A DNA stretch of 64,000 bases from Octopus sinensis (taxonomy: Eukaryota). The notes under the pieces are model-generated. The model did no database searches and was not told where the DNA came from. It saw nothing but the letters and a program-made list of their open reading frames with translations. The position numbers were made by a program, and so were the translations under genes. Every line of letters starts with the position of its first letter. Positions within the stretch are counted from its first letter, which is position 1. The stretch is from assembly GCF_006345805.1 (NCBI RefSeq), contig NC_043006.1:86614001-86678000 (forward strand), read 5' to 3'. Below, in pieces: positions 27,223-41,345 of this stretch.

Positions 27223-27903
27223 AAAACAAGAGATCACTATATGGCTGGGTGATTATGGAGTTCACATTTCAAACATGGGGTTTCAGGTTCAGTCCCACTG
27301 CCATGCAGACCAATGCCTTCTTAGTGGAATTGATGGATCGAAACTGCAAGGTAATCTATTGTGTGTATGTGTGAATGTATGTATATACGTATGTGTGTGT
27401 GTGTGTGTCTGTTTGTCTGTCTGTCTGTCTGTCTTGTGTGATGGCTATAAATGAATGTTATTTATTTCTAACCTCCCGAGAAAAAATGTTATTGGGCATG
27501 GAGAAATATTACCTTGATTGGGTACAGGTGAGACTTGGTGACAAAAAGGATATCTGGCTTTAGAAAATTTACCTCAACAAATTCCATCTGACCCAGGCTT
27601 GCATAGAAAACTGAACAGTAAAGCATTGATGTGCATGTGTGTATGAGTGTCATCATTAGCTTTAAATGAGCAAAAGACAATGACATTGTTGACTTCCCAA
27701 GTGTACAAATGTTCTCAATCTAATTCAGTAGCTTAGGAAGGATGTAATGAAAAACTACCTTACTTGGGAAACAAGCAATTGTTAGCAGAAGGAAGAACAC
27801 CCAAATGAATAATATCTGCTTCAGAATGTTTTGTCTAACCCATGCCAGTATGGAAAAAAGAAAGAATGTAAGATTGATGATGATGATAATAATGATAATG
27901 AAA

Positions 27904-28297
27904 TCTATATATATAAAGCTGAAGTTGTCTGTGTGTGGCAGGTTTGGTAGCCTTCAACTAACAGTATCTCCTCCGAGACCCTGCAGCGCAAATTGACCAA
28001 AATTGAGAGTATGATAGAAGAATGCTTGCTCTTCTTTCCGTTGAAGAAAAAATTCAAATCGGACCATGTTAACACCAAAAATTATTTACATCAAAAAGGT
28101 GCTTTTTTTTTCTATGAAAATCCCTATTTTTTATGATTTTTTTTTATTGCTGTGTCGCCATTTTTCGGTGTATTTCAACCAGAAAAATGTTCACTTAAAG
28201 AAAATAACAAGCTACATAATGCGAAAGTTTTACTTTTCAAAAATTCCAATTCTAAAGGGTCGAAACAAACCCGAGCAACGCCGGGCAATACTGCTAG
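27904..28297 (+). mobile_element. Non-autonomous Helitron (~394 bp)
   Basis: 5' TC (A|TCTATATATATAAAGCTG), subterminal hairpin CCCGAGCAACGCCGGG at 28270-28285, 3' CTAG|T; AT target, no TSD. Confidence 0.78.
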
Positions 28298-29534
28298 TTC
28301 TACTATAAAATGAAGATACAAAACATTATATTCTATACTAATCAAAAGACATGTGGATAAATACATACATGACACTCATAAATCTTGCTTGCTAGCATCA
28401 GCCTCATTCTTTTCACCATGTAGATAATAGGTTAAATGTAACTACTATGATAATAGATTATCATTTAATACATAGAAGTCAAGGTTCTTATGGCAGTGTA
28501 ATGTGCAATAGATCTCTCCGATGTCAGACGTGTTGAAACCTTGGGTATTATAATCTCTTCCAGTATTAACACACATGTGTCATCAGAAATTATGAATGAT
28601 ATGGTACTAAATTGGTTAATTAAATATCCAGTGATTTGTTTAATGGAAATCAAATTAATTCACTGGTGTACACCAATGACGCAAATATAGTAAATGATAC
28701 ACAATTATAAACAACAGCAATGAAGTGTGAAGTCAGTGTAGTGTAATAACTGGCAGATTTGCTTGCTTGGTTAATGAAACATTTGTGGTTCAATACTCTT
28801 TTTCAGCATGTCTTTTGTTCTTTCATTGATTTGATATATAGAGATTTATAGTGTTTGCTATTCTTTAGGTTAAAATTTTAGCTGTTAATTTATAATTTAC
28901 TTTGTATACACAGACATGCCTCTAAGTACACACAAACACACACATGATACACACAAACCTGTGCCTGCTTAAATAAACTTAATATACAAATAATTCTTTC
29001 AAAATCAGCATTTTTGCCAACAGAAGTTATTCGTCTAAGAAGATGGCAATGGATTGATATATGTATATATTTGTGTATGTGTGCTTATATCTATCCCCCT
29101 GTGTGTGTGTGCGTGTATGTGTGTGTGCATGCATGCGTGTGTGTGTATTCTTAGTAATGAAACAATTTTTTTTTCTATTTTGTTTCTTTAAAAATTTATT
29201 TATTTTCTTCTGTTTCTTTTCATTTCTTTTATTCATAACAAATAATCCAGTATATTTTGACATTAACATTGGCAGAAATTTCTGAAATACTCATAAGCAA
29301 TGCCAATATTTTGATGAAATTAATTCAATCAACCTTATTATTACTATTTGCTATAAACTAGTTAATACATATGTATGATTATTAATATCACTACTGGTAA
29401 GCAGAATCATAATAAATATATAATCAGGCACACACATACACACACATCTACACATAGACACACACACACATATAGGTATATACATATAGACATGCTGTAT
29501 GTGTATATATATATATATGCACATACATAAATAA

Positions 29535-30791
29535 CAGGGGGAGAAACTAGAAGTAGTTGATAGTTTCTGCTACCTGGGTGACCAAGTTAGTAGTGGGGGT
29601 GGATGCTCAGAGAGTGTCACCACTAGAATACGAATAGCCTAGGCAAAGTTTAGAAAGCTCCTACCCCTACTGGCGACAAAGGGTCTCTCACTCAGAGTGA
29701 AAGGTAGATTGTATGATGCATGTGTGCGAACTGCCATGCCTCACAGCAGTGAAACCTGGGCCGTGACTGCAGAGGACATGCGTAGACTTGAAAGAAATGA
29801 AGCTAGCATGATCCGCTGGATGTGTAATGTCAGTGTCCATGCACGACAGAGAGTAAGCACCCTGAGGGAAATGCTAGGCATAAGAAGTATCAGATGCGGT
29901 GTGCAGGAGCAACGCTTGCGATGGTATGGTCATGTACTGCGGATGGATGAGGAGAGATGTGTGAAGAAGTGCCACTCCCGAACAGTTGAAGGAATCAGGG
30001 GGAGAGGTAGACCCAGGAAGACATGGGATGAGGTAGTCAAGCATGACCTCAGAGCGTTGGGCCTCACTGAGGCAATGGCGAAGAACCGAGATCTCTGGAG
30101 ATGTGCTGTGACTACTAAGACCTGGGATGCTTCCGGCACCAGTTCCGCATAGCCCTGCCCATTCAAAGTACCTTGGATCCCGGAACATCTTGCTGTGCTT
30201 GTGGAGACCTGTTGAGTCAAGTGCATGTACATGAACATCGAACCAAATATCAATGGAAACAGTAGTTGTGATACCTGTGCCGGTGGCACATAAAAAGCAC
30301 CATCCGAACGTGGCCGTTGCCAGTGCCGCCTCGACTGGCTTCTGTGCCGGTGGCATATAAAAAGCACCATCCGAACGTGACCGATGCCAACCCCGCCTCG
30401 AATGGCTTCTGTGCCGGTGGCACATAAAAAGCACCATCCGAACGTGGCCGATGCCAGCCCTGCCTCGACTGGCTTCTGTGCCGGTGGCACATAAAAAGCA
30501 CCATCCGAATGTGGCTGATGCCAGCACCGCCTCGACTGGCTTCTGTGCTGGTGGCACATAAAAACCACCAACTGATTGTGGCCGATGCCAGACCCCTCTG
30601 GCACCTGTGGCAATGGCACGTAAAAAGCACCCACTACACTCGTGGAGTGGTTGGCGTTAGGAAGGGCATCCAGCTGTAGAAATACTGCCAGATCAGACTG
30701 GAGCCTGAAGCAGCCCCTGGCTCCCCAAACCCCAGTCAAACCGTCCAACCCATGCTAGCACAGAAAACGGACGCTAAACGATGATGATGAT
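29535..30791 (+). mobile_element. 5'-truncated RTE LINE: RT C-terminus, 3' UTR with 67-bp tandem array, (TGA)n tail
   Basis: FCYLGD, KGRLYDACVR, ETWA, RLRWYGHVLRM, GRGRPRKTW; array ~30280-30610; tail CCAACCCATGCTAGC...ATGATGATG. Confidence 0.92.
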
Positions 30792-31020
30792 ACATAGACA
30801 GACATATATATATAATGTATGTGGGTTAATATTGGAAAAGCATATAATATGAAATGTTGCAACAGGCCTGACAATGGTGTAATTATTGCACTTTATTAGT
30901 GTCTTGACTTCAATGTAAGAGTGATTTCTATTAAATTATCAAACGATGATCTATTATCTAAGTGGTTACACTTTACATATCTGTCTGTCTCTGTATGTAT
31001 GTATATATATATATATATAT

Positions 31021-31364
31021 TTATAACAATAGGGGTCTTGCAACAAGTTTCTTGACCACATACCAAAAATTTTAGAAATAGCACCCAAAAGACTACTATT
31101 TCCTTTTTCTACAAAAATATGTCTCCACAGACAACAATATTTGTAACTCATATATGGCAAAAAAGAAGAAACGTGCATCCATGATTAATCGAAGACTGTT
31201 TGAGTTCATTATTTTTCTTCTTTTTTGCCATGTGTGAGTTACAGATATTGTTTTCTGTGGAGACATATTTTTGTAGAAAAAGGAAATAGTAGTCTTTTGG
31301 CTGCTATTTCTAAAATTTTCAGTATGTGGTCAAGCAACTTGTTGCAAAACACTTATTGTTATAA
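31021..31364. repeat. Fold-back element, ~151-bp arms, starting at (TA)n
   Basis: 31021-31171 is the reverse complement of 31214-31364 with mismatches; 42-bp spacer. Confidence 0.9.
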
Positions 31365-31494
31365 TTATATATAAAAAAACTTTTTGTATAAGTTTTTATT
31401 GAATATGGTCCTTTTCTATACCGAAAAACTACTAGGTGAAATTTGTTGATTTTATCAAATTAATTATCTTCCACCCTATATCTGTCATCATCAT

Positions 31495-32665
31495 CATCAT
31501 CATCATCATCATTTAACGTCCGCTTTCCATGCTAGCATGGGTTGGACGGTTCAACTGGGGTCTGGGGAGCCCGAAAGCTGCACCAGTCCAGTCAGATCTG
31601 GCAGTGTTTCTACAGCTGGATGCCCTTCCTAACGCCAACCACTCCGAGAGTGTAGTGAGTGATTTTATGTGCCACCGACACAGGTGCCAGACGAGGCTGG
31701 CAAACGGCCACGCTCGGATGGTGTTTTTTATGTGCCACCGACACAGGTGCCAGACGAGGCTGGCAGACGGCCACGCTCGGATGGTGTTTTTATGTGCCAC
31801 CGACACAGGTGCCAGACGAGGCTGGCAGACGGCCACGCTCGGATGGTGTTTTTATGTGCCACCGACACAGGTGCCAGACGAGGCTGGCAGACGGCCACGC
31901 TCGGATGGTGTTTTTATGTGCCACCGACACAGGTGCCAGATGAGGCTGGCAAACGGCCACGATCGGATGGTGCTTGTTACGTGCCCACAGCACGGAGGCC
32001 AGTCGATGCGGTACTGGCTACGGCCACGTTCGGATGGTTTTCTTATGTGCCACGTGTCACCGGCACTGGTACCACAAAGATACAAATTCCATTGATGTTC
32101 ATCTATTTTGATTTGTTTTGATTTGATTTTCACTTGCCTCAACAGGTCTTCACAAGTGTCACAAGAAGGAAGGAAGGTATGCACAGGTGGACTGACTACG
32201 TCCCAGGTAGGGGCCATGGGTTATGGCCTGACTAGTCTTGCCGGGTCTTCGGATGGTGTTTTTATGTGCCACCGACACAGGTGCTAGATGAGGCTGGCGA
32301 ACGGCCACGATCGGATGGTGTTTGTCATGTGCCCACCGCACTGACTACGGCACTGATGGATTTCTTGTGTGCCACAGGCACTGGTACCACAAGATACAAA
32401 TTCCATTGATGTTCATCTATTTTGTCTATTTTGATTTGATTTGATTTGATTTTCACTTGCCTCAACCGGTCTTCACAAGTGTCACAAGAAGGAAGGTATG
32501 CACAGGTGGACTGACTAGTCTTGCCGGGTCTTCGGATGTGTTTTATGTGCCACCGACACAGGTGCCAGATGAGGCTGGCGAACGGCCATGATCGGATGGT
32601 GTTTGTTACGTGCCCACAGCACGGAGGCCGGTCGATGCGGAACTCCACAAAGATACAGATTCCAT

Positions 32666-32668
<3 letters not shown>
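31495..32668 (-). mobile_element. RTE 3' UTR copy with 62-bp array plus two further partial tandem copies
   Basis: (CAT)n tail 31487-31512; CGGATGGTG recurs at 31715, 31778, 31840, 31902 and 31964; the UTR block repeats at ~32251-32530 and ~32531-32668. Confidence 0.88.
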
Positions 32669-32702
<34 letters not shown>

Positions 32703-34299
32703 ACACACATGCACACACACACACACACATTGATTATCATGCAAAAAATATCTCAGAAAAGCAAAAATTGCAGAAAATTCAAAATATTTCATCTATGGTG
32801 GTGTGTGAGGGTGGGCGGTTATGTGAAATAATAATTATTATTTCTAATGGTGGTATTAGGTTACACCTTTCCACGTTGGTATTCAGTATAATGACTACTA
32901 CTTGACTCATTAATATTATAGTGATAAAATGCAAAGTTAGCCCCAGTAGGTTTTGAACTTAGAATATCTAGGCACATAATTAAATATCACAGGTCATATA
33001 AATACAAATTATTTTGGGTCCAAAAGTGTAAACAATGTGACTGATCCCAGGACATTGCTGACACTTATTTTTTGGTCCAAGAATGGGAAAAAATAAAACT
33101 GATTGCAGTAGACTTTGACTTCAAAAACTTAAGAAACATAAAATAATAAAAATAATTAAAAACATTTTTTCAATATTGTACCAAAGGAGAAAGTGAAACC
33201 CTTAAATAAAACCCTTGCCTCTGCTATAGAATTCCTTTCTTGCATGTTAGAGAGTGACTTATGGCTTTCAACTTGGTGGAAGTATGGTATGACTTGGACA
33301 GTAAATCTCTGTTTCATGTTTAGTTGTTTGGCCAGCTATCAACATACCTTATGATTTGCTCAGTTGGAAATGACTGGGGCATTCTTCATAGCAGCAGCTC
33401 ATGCTTTAGAAAGTAAAAATATTAAGAATTTGAAGAATGTAGTAGTCAGAGACCAACTTCCCATGAGGTTCCTCTGAAAACTTGGAGAGTTTGGAACTGA
33501 TAAGAAACTCTGATGTGGGAAACTTCTCTTCTATGAGTAGTTATATGGTCCTTCTACAGCAAGAAACCTGTTCTACTCCAATCCCTTCTCTCATGCTTTT
33601 GTCTCTTACCTTCTAGTATAAAGCTTCACCCTTGAGTTTCATAGTTTTGCCAGCTATGACCTCACCAGTGCTGGTGGTATGAAAAAAGCATCTAGTAAGC
33701 TCTGAAAAAGGTTTGACATAGGGAAGGACAACTCACCATAAAAACTATGCCAAAGTTGATACTGAAGCATGATGCAGTTTTGAACCCATAAGATCTTGTC
33801 AAACTATCCAACACATGCCAACATAGAGCATGGACATGAAACTATGACGTTGCTGCTGTAAAGATTTATTAAACTAATTCAGCAGAAACAAGTATAAAAT
33901 ATTTGCAAATGGTTTTTCTTTCTAACAATATCCTAAACCAAATCCTCACAATTCTTCTGAAAAATAGATGAAAGGTCAATCTAAATCCAAGGAAAGCCTC
34001 CCATCATTAAAGATATGATTCTTTTTAAAAACCAAAATGGAGCAATAAAGATGATAAATCAACTGAGAAATAAGAAGGAAGATAAATATCAAGTCCCTAA
34101 CCTCAAAACAGCAAATTAACATCGAACCCCAGCACTAAAACAGAGCAGATAAATATCAAGTCCCTATCTCTCTAAACAGCAGATAAGTACCAATTTCCCA
34201 CTAGTCCCTACCAGTTTGCTTAAATAGTAACAATGGTGAACATCAACATTGTCACTGCTTAAACAAACTAGTGGATAAGTTGATATTATGACACACACA

Positions 34300-34338
<39 letters not shown>

Positions 34339-35101
34339 ATGCATATGTGCAGTTTCCATCATCCAAATTCCTGCACAGAGCATTGATCAGCCTAGGGTTA
34401 TACTAGAAGACTCTTACCCTAGGTGCTGCACAGCACGTCCGATCCCCAAACCATGAGGTTGTGGAGCAAACTTCATAACTACTCAAAAATGCCTGCACCT
34501 ATTACATAATAGTCCATGCTGCATTTAATTCAAAGAAACAGCACTACAGTTAATCATCTCTGAATAACTTTTTGTGTATATCAATACAGACATTAGATAG
34601 TTACTCAATATCTCCACTGGAAAATCTACTGATATTTTGTTCTTCAACCAAATTAAAAACTGGTGTGAGCTGATGTAGAAAACAGCAATAACCATATTAT
34701 GGGACTGTACAGTATATACCATCTGATTCTCTAAATCAAACTGACCAAATACCAATGTCAAAAATAAGGAAGAAAGTAATTACTAATGGTTGGGACCAAA
34801 TAACAATGTCTCTATCTGGAATGTTTGAAATTAGCCAAGTATAACGGCTTTGAACTGGAAATATCTTAACTTTGGTAGATCAAAGCAACTTTACTGCGTT
34901 GTGTAGTTAGTTTAATAAAGGATGAGTCTCTGACTGTCTACATGCAGTCTTAGATCAACTCCCTTGACAAACAAATGCAATTCAGTATATATATTATTTG
35001 TAATATAAATATGAATATCAGATTATGGAAGGCATGGAAAATAGATGGTATGTTACATAATGTGTGTTGTGGCTGTGTGTGTATGCATGTATTCAGGTAC
35101 T

Positions 35102-35135
<34 letters not shown>

Positions 35136-35232
35136 CGCACGCATATGTACACATATATGCTAGCAAGCATATCTATCTATCTATCTACATACATATTTAT
35201 ATATAAATAAACATATAAATAAACTTGTAGAC

Positions 35233-35277
<45 letters not shown>

Positions 35278-35935
35278 CATACACACAGATAAATAGCTAT
35301 CGAGACAGAGAGACAGATACTTACACATTTGCATATATACAAACACACACTTATATAAGTATGTTCACATAAGCATGCATATATGTATATCTCTATACAT
35401 ATGCATACATACATATGATAAAAATGAAAAATTGGGAGTAATGGAAGAATCTTTTATTTATTTGTATACGGATATAAAAAGTATTTGAATTTTCCTAAGG
35501 AAATGAGATAAAATACTTCTTAAATCCTTTTATCTTATTATTTTTGCATTGTTGTCTAGCACTGGAGAGTCAATCTTTGTCTCTCCTTAAGAAGGGAGTG
35601 ATCATATTCTTCTCTAGTTAGATATATCTATGTGTGTGTATGTGTAGTGGCGTAGTTGAATGTAACTTTCTATAAAATGTTGAAACATATCATTATTAAG
35701 TTATCTGTCTAATTCACAATGATACAAATCATCTATGATAGAATCAAAATGTCTTCTATACAACTCAATTATGGTTGGAGAAATGACCATCAGGATGAAT
35801 TACATATATATATACATACATGCATACATATATATGTGTATGTGTGTGTGTGTGAGTGTGTGTGTATATATATATGTATATATGTATGTGTGTGTATATA
35901 TATATGTATGCATGTATGTGTGTGCATATATACCT

Positions 35936-35967
<32 letters not shown>

Positions 35968-38900
35968 TTGTATGTATGTATGTATGTATGGATGGATGTA
36001 TGGTAGGGTGGATGGATGTATGTATATATATATATATATATATATATACATACATACATACATATATATATATTCATTGAGTTTTCTTAATAGCAACTCA
36101 GACAACATCAACCTTTTCTGTTTATCCTCACAAATTATGGGTAAACACTAATTTTTATAAGAGCAAACGATGTTTTATTATGTAATTATTTGCTGCAGCA
36201 AGTTTGTTTATACACCTTCACACATCACTTGGTGTGTGTGTGTTTTTTTACTTGACATCATCATCATCATCATCATCGTCATTGTAAGAATGATGATTGC
36301 TGAAACTCCTTCAATTAATGTTACAAATCTCTTTAGTATTTTCTTTAATTTTTTGTAAAGTCCTCCTTGTTCTTCGTTGATTACAAATAAGATCTTGTTT
36401 GTTTGAATGCTATTTTTTTCTTGTTAGACGACTGGTTACTAAACTATTATTTTGGAATTCGTGTGTATTTTCTTGTTCGTGTCTCGTTTTTCTTTGGCTC
36501 ACTTGAACTCTTCAATTATTAAACATAATCAAGCACATTTAAAAGTACTTACTTTGTTCTTTGCTTGGCTACTTGACTGGTAATTTTTGTCATAGGTGTG
36601 TGTGTGTATTACATGCATGTGTGTATGTGTGTGTATAAACACACACACACACTGAATGTTGGAGGCACTTAATTATGACAATAAGTATAATCAAATGAAG
36701 ACCTCTTGCATGCAGCCAACACACTCTCTGAATGTCTAATCGATATCTTTGCTATAGTACTTAGTTAATGACTAGTAAAAGCAGTATATAATGTATTGTA
36801 TATTCCACATAGTAGGAGACATATTTTTTAGTTCATTTTTTATCTTATTAATATTTTTTATCTTATTAATATTTTTTATCTTATTAATATTGTTCTATGA
36901 AAAAAAACTAAATCTATCCTCTTCTGACACTTACAAGCATCATTTTTACTAACAGAAGTTTCTAGGGAACATTTCTCTACATTATGACAGATTTTCTTAC
37001 TGTCAAGTTTTCATTTTCCCATTGATATACACAACCTACACAGCAGTGCTGTTCTGTTGGAAACCCGTATTTGAATTCTGAATGATGCCAAGAATTTGCT
37101 GAATATTTAGATCAGCTTCTAAAATTTTAAATGCCTCTTCTGCAGACTGTTCTTTGTGTCTTCAACTTCTGAAGAACAAGGACAAGATAATTAGGTAAAT
37201 CTAGTAATATCATCTGCAATAGTTGTTTAATACTTTAAATGATTGTTATAAATGTGATTAGTTTTGAGGTTAAAGTTATATAATTTAGTGAGAGGATTGC
37301 TTATATCTATCTTCTGGAAACTTTGTAATCAATTCTCTTCAACCAAAGAGGATAGTACTGACTTTGGAAGATTTAACATCAACATGTACTTGCATCAATC
37401 ATAAGAAGAGATAGCCTTAATATCAAAATAGGTTTAAACAGAATGATGTGCAGACTTCAATAGTAATAGGCTTTAATATCAAGAGTTTAACAGAAAGGTG
37501 CGGGAGGAAAAATGGGCTCTTATGGAATATTCACTTCTGAGTGATGTTTTATTTACAGCTTAGAAATAAATTTTCCTTAAATATGATATGCTTTAACTAG
37601 TTATTACTTTGAATTTCAAATGACATATCAAAAAAAAACCCCATTTCTTTTGGATTAGATGATTATGATGATTAGAAAGATATTGATGAGGGCTATAATG
37701 GCAATGTAATGATGATAAACAAGAAATAGCACGATAGGGGATAATGAATACAAACATTGTAGCTGGCAGGGTTGTGTCAATGGTGGGAACAATTATCAAG
37801 AGGCCTACAACAACCTTTGGGTTAATGATAGTAGAGAAGAGGATGATGAAGTCAATTACAGTAATGATGCTGATGGCAATGCCAATGAATGAGAGACAAT
37901 GCTGATGATAACAAGACGATGATGAGAAAATGACAAGTAATCGAAATTTTAATGAAGATGATCAATAAAAAAACCATGACAAATTTAGATGATTATGATC
38001 ATGATGTCAATGACGATGATGAAAATTGCACTAATTAATAATGAAAAATAAGCATTGTGCTCCCATATACACTGGAGAGCAAGCAAAAGTAACCTGAAAT
38101 CCAAATGAGTTTCCAATATTCTCACAGTAAAGTTTAATTAGATAGAGACTGTTGTGTGGCTTAATTATTTGCTCATTAATTTGTTTGTTTTGTTCTTTAT
38201 TTGATTGAGGTTGTTGCTGTTATAGATTTTAATTAATTTCAAAAATTGAATGATAATTTTCCTTCAGCTATTTCATCTTTTATCTTGCTCTAAAAATACA
38301 TACTCATGTGTGTGTGTGTGTGTAATTTCATTTTTGCAATATATGTATATATGTATCAATAGGTCTGTATATATACATATATTTATCTCTCTCAATAACC
38401 CCTTCCCTACACACACAAATGCAAAAGATATATGTATTGCCCATATGTAATTAAAGATTTTGGAACTTTAATGAATTACAAAAGTATATTCCTAGCTTCC
38501 CTTAGTTATATAGGCATATTTCATTTATTAAAAATTTGGTTCTATAATAATTTTATCTTCTGAAACTGGCAGCATTAACTAACTGCACACTTGCAGCACT
38601 TAAAGAAAATACTGTAAAATTTTGCAGACTTCTCTGGAATTCCACAATTATGATTTCATTTTTTTTCTTCTCTTTTTGATATAAATCATTTCTTATTCTT
38701 AGATCAGATTTTATGAAGCATTGAAAATTCTATGAACATTAAACACACAAAGAAATGCACATACATATATACATATGCTTTCATATATACACCTATGCTT
38801 TCACAGATGTATATAAATGCAGCATAGCATCACACAGATATGCCCATATGCCCATACTTGCTCACATATACACACATATATACATTTAAATATATATGCG

Positions 38901-39327
38901 TACAGACATACACATGCAAAGTGATATGCTCATTCATTTAAATCTGCACAAAAATAAGTATACCCCACCCCTTCAAAACAAAAAGAAAGCTACCAGTCTC
39001 TCTTTTGTGAAGGACTCCAACTAATTATATTTTACTGTAATTGGGAGAATGGATGCTTGTTAGTGAATATTTCCCAATTGGGTGAGGGTGAACAGCACAA
39101 ACGAGAATCTCAGACAAATCTATCTTAATGCATTACCAAATTTAGATTCATCTCCTACACCTTCAAAGTTCAAACCCTGGGGAAAGCTAGCCACATAGCC
39201 CATTTTTAGGGCTCAAAGTTAACAGGAGGAAGAACATCCAATTGAGTAATATTAGCTTCAAAATGTTTGAATGTATCAAAAAAGAAATACAAAAATGATG
39301 AGGATGATAAAAACAATGATAATGAAA

Positions 39328-40002
39328 TTCTACTGGCTCAAAGTGATGAACCCAACACTAATCCTGGGTTAAAAAATGCTCAAAGACACCAGTTGGATCT
39401 GTCTTAAACAATACCAGATTTTCCTGTGATGTGATTAGCCTGGTGCACTTTTGATCAAGTGTTAGAAGATGTGGCACACACCAAGCAGAAAGCTTCATCA
39501 TGCCAAGTTCATAGTGCAGAATATTCTCAATTCTCTCACAGGAAATGCAAATAGCATTGGTCATTTGATTTACAGTCAATTGCCTGTCATCCATCACCAT
39601 GTGGTGAACACAATCAATGTTTTCTTCAGTGGTGGCAGTTGCAGGACATCCAGACCTTGGGTCATCTTCAAGACTCTCTCTTCTCCTTCTAAATTCAGCT
39701 GCCCCCTTTTGCACTGTTGATAAAACTGGAGAATCATCCCTTAATATAGGAAGCATATCAGCATGAACGACATTGGGTGCTAAACCCCTTTTCTGCAGGT
39801 ACTTGATAACATCACAATGCCAAATTTTGTCAATTTTCAAAAGATGTCACTACTAGTTACTTTTGAAGTAAGATGTCAGTTTACTTGGAAAGAAACAATA
39901 TAGTTTCTAAGAAGAAGAGTTGAAATTAATGCATGCAAGATTTCACAGCTCTAATGCCACTCCTTCATAATCAATCTATGAATTTTTCAGCCCACCCTCG
40001 TA
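39328..40002 (-). pseudogene. Mariner transposase pseudogene, 5' portion with one TIR
   Basis: ORF 39358-39840 has EDDPRSGCP and WCVPHLL (WVPHEL-like). LTQD*CWVHHFEP has a stop at the expected E after the first catalytic D. TIR-like start TACGAGGGTGGGCTGAAAA at 40002; the 3' half is absent. Confidence 0.9.
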
Positions 40003-40679
40003 TAATCCATAACAATGCTTGTACAATGGAAGGCAAGGTTTACAATATTGGAAGAATATCGTCTTCTTTCATCATCTTTTTGTTCTTCATGTAGTTCAGG
40101 CTTCCAGCAGGCGAAGAGAGAAAACTTCAAGTACAAATGCAATTTACAACTGGTTTTATTTACAGGTTTCACAGGATAGGTGAAGTGTGCTGCTCTCAGC
40201 TACCATCTTTAGCTGTGTGCGTTGTGTGGTAGCTCTGTTAGTGCAGGTGCATTGCCTCTGGAGATACAACATATAGACAGGTCCAGCCAGTGGTGGTGTT
40301 TAGCCAGCGCTGCTGTGAAGATGGCATCAAAAGAGAGAGATATGAATCGGGTTTTCCCTTTATATAGTTTTCCATCGTGAGCCTTGTTGTGATCTTGCGG
40401 ATGGCAAATGGATGCAGGTGAGGTCTCACTCCAGTCTCGGAGATGGCAATGGCTGCCGCGAGATTTCATCCAATATGGCACTGACTGCTTGTGCCGCTAC
40501 ACTTGTATGTTCAGAAAACAAAAACAAGACACCAGCCCCAAAAATGTACTAAATGGGTCAAATATCTTTGGCAGGATTTGAACTTATAACATTGGTAGCA
40601 GCTGATTAATACCTTAAATAACCATTGACAGGTAATTGTTTTACCATTCAAGTTTCTCTCCTTGGGTAGAATGTAGTAC

Positions 40680-41141
40680 AACCATTGCAAATGCTGCCAT
40701 TACACCTATTACTATCATGATCATCATCATCATCTTTATCACCTCCATCATTGTCACCAGTTTCACCAGTACTGCCATTACTGTTATCATTAACATTATC
40801 ATTACTGCTGTAACTAGTACCAGCTCCATCATTACAACTATCACCATCTTCACTACCATCAATACTATCATCATCATCATCAATGTTACTACCATCGCTA
40901 CCTCAAATATCTTTCCTTCCTCCAGTCACTATCCTTCCCTTTCCTTTCACCACTGCCACTTCCATCGTTAGCATTGCTGTCTCCAACACCAAGACTGTCT
41001 TTCCATCCTTGCTGTTGCTACCACCACAACCATCATAAATGCGACTACTACCATCACTACCACCCCACCAACAACAACAACACTACTACTACTACCACTA
41101 CCACCACCACCACTACCAACAACAACTACTACTACTACAAC

Positions 41142-41177
<36 letters not shown>

Positions 41178-41292
41178 CACCACTACTACTACTACTACTA
41201 CCACCACTACTACTACTGCTGCTGCTGCTACTACTACTACTATACTACTACTACTACTACCACCACTACTACTACTGCTGCTGCTGCTACTA

Positions 41293-41327
<35 letters not shown>

Positions 41328-41345
41328 ACTACCACTACTAATTCA
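40680..41345. repeat. Trinucleotide mosaic (ACC/ACT/ATC/AAC/GCT)n
   Basis: Direct reading; produces homopolymeric ORFs in several frames. Confidence 0.95.

Noticed and set aside
29874-32217. Long ORFs over the 62/67-bp arrays (e.g. 272 aa, 227 aa, 188 aa)
   Set aside because: Antisense or off-frame readings of RTE UTR tandem repeats; also not CRISPR because the inter-repeat sequence is repeated.
34081-34200. Short imperfect duplication GATAAATATCAAGTCCCTA
   Set aside because: Two to three degenerate units; ordinary local duplication.
36835-36891. Three copies of TTTTTTATCTTATTAATA
   Set aside because: Simple AT-rich slippage repeat.
40209-40481. GC-richer block with 90-aa and 63-aa ORFs next to the mariner
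   Set aside because: No recognisable motif in any frame; cannot distinguish from a decayed TE.
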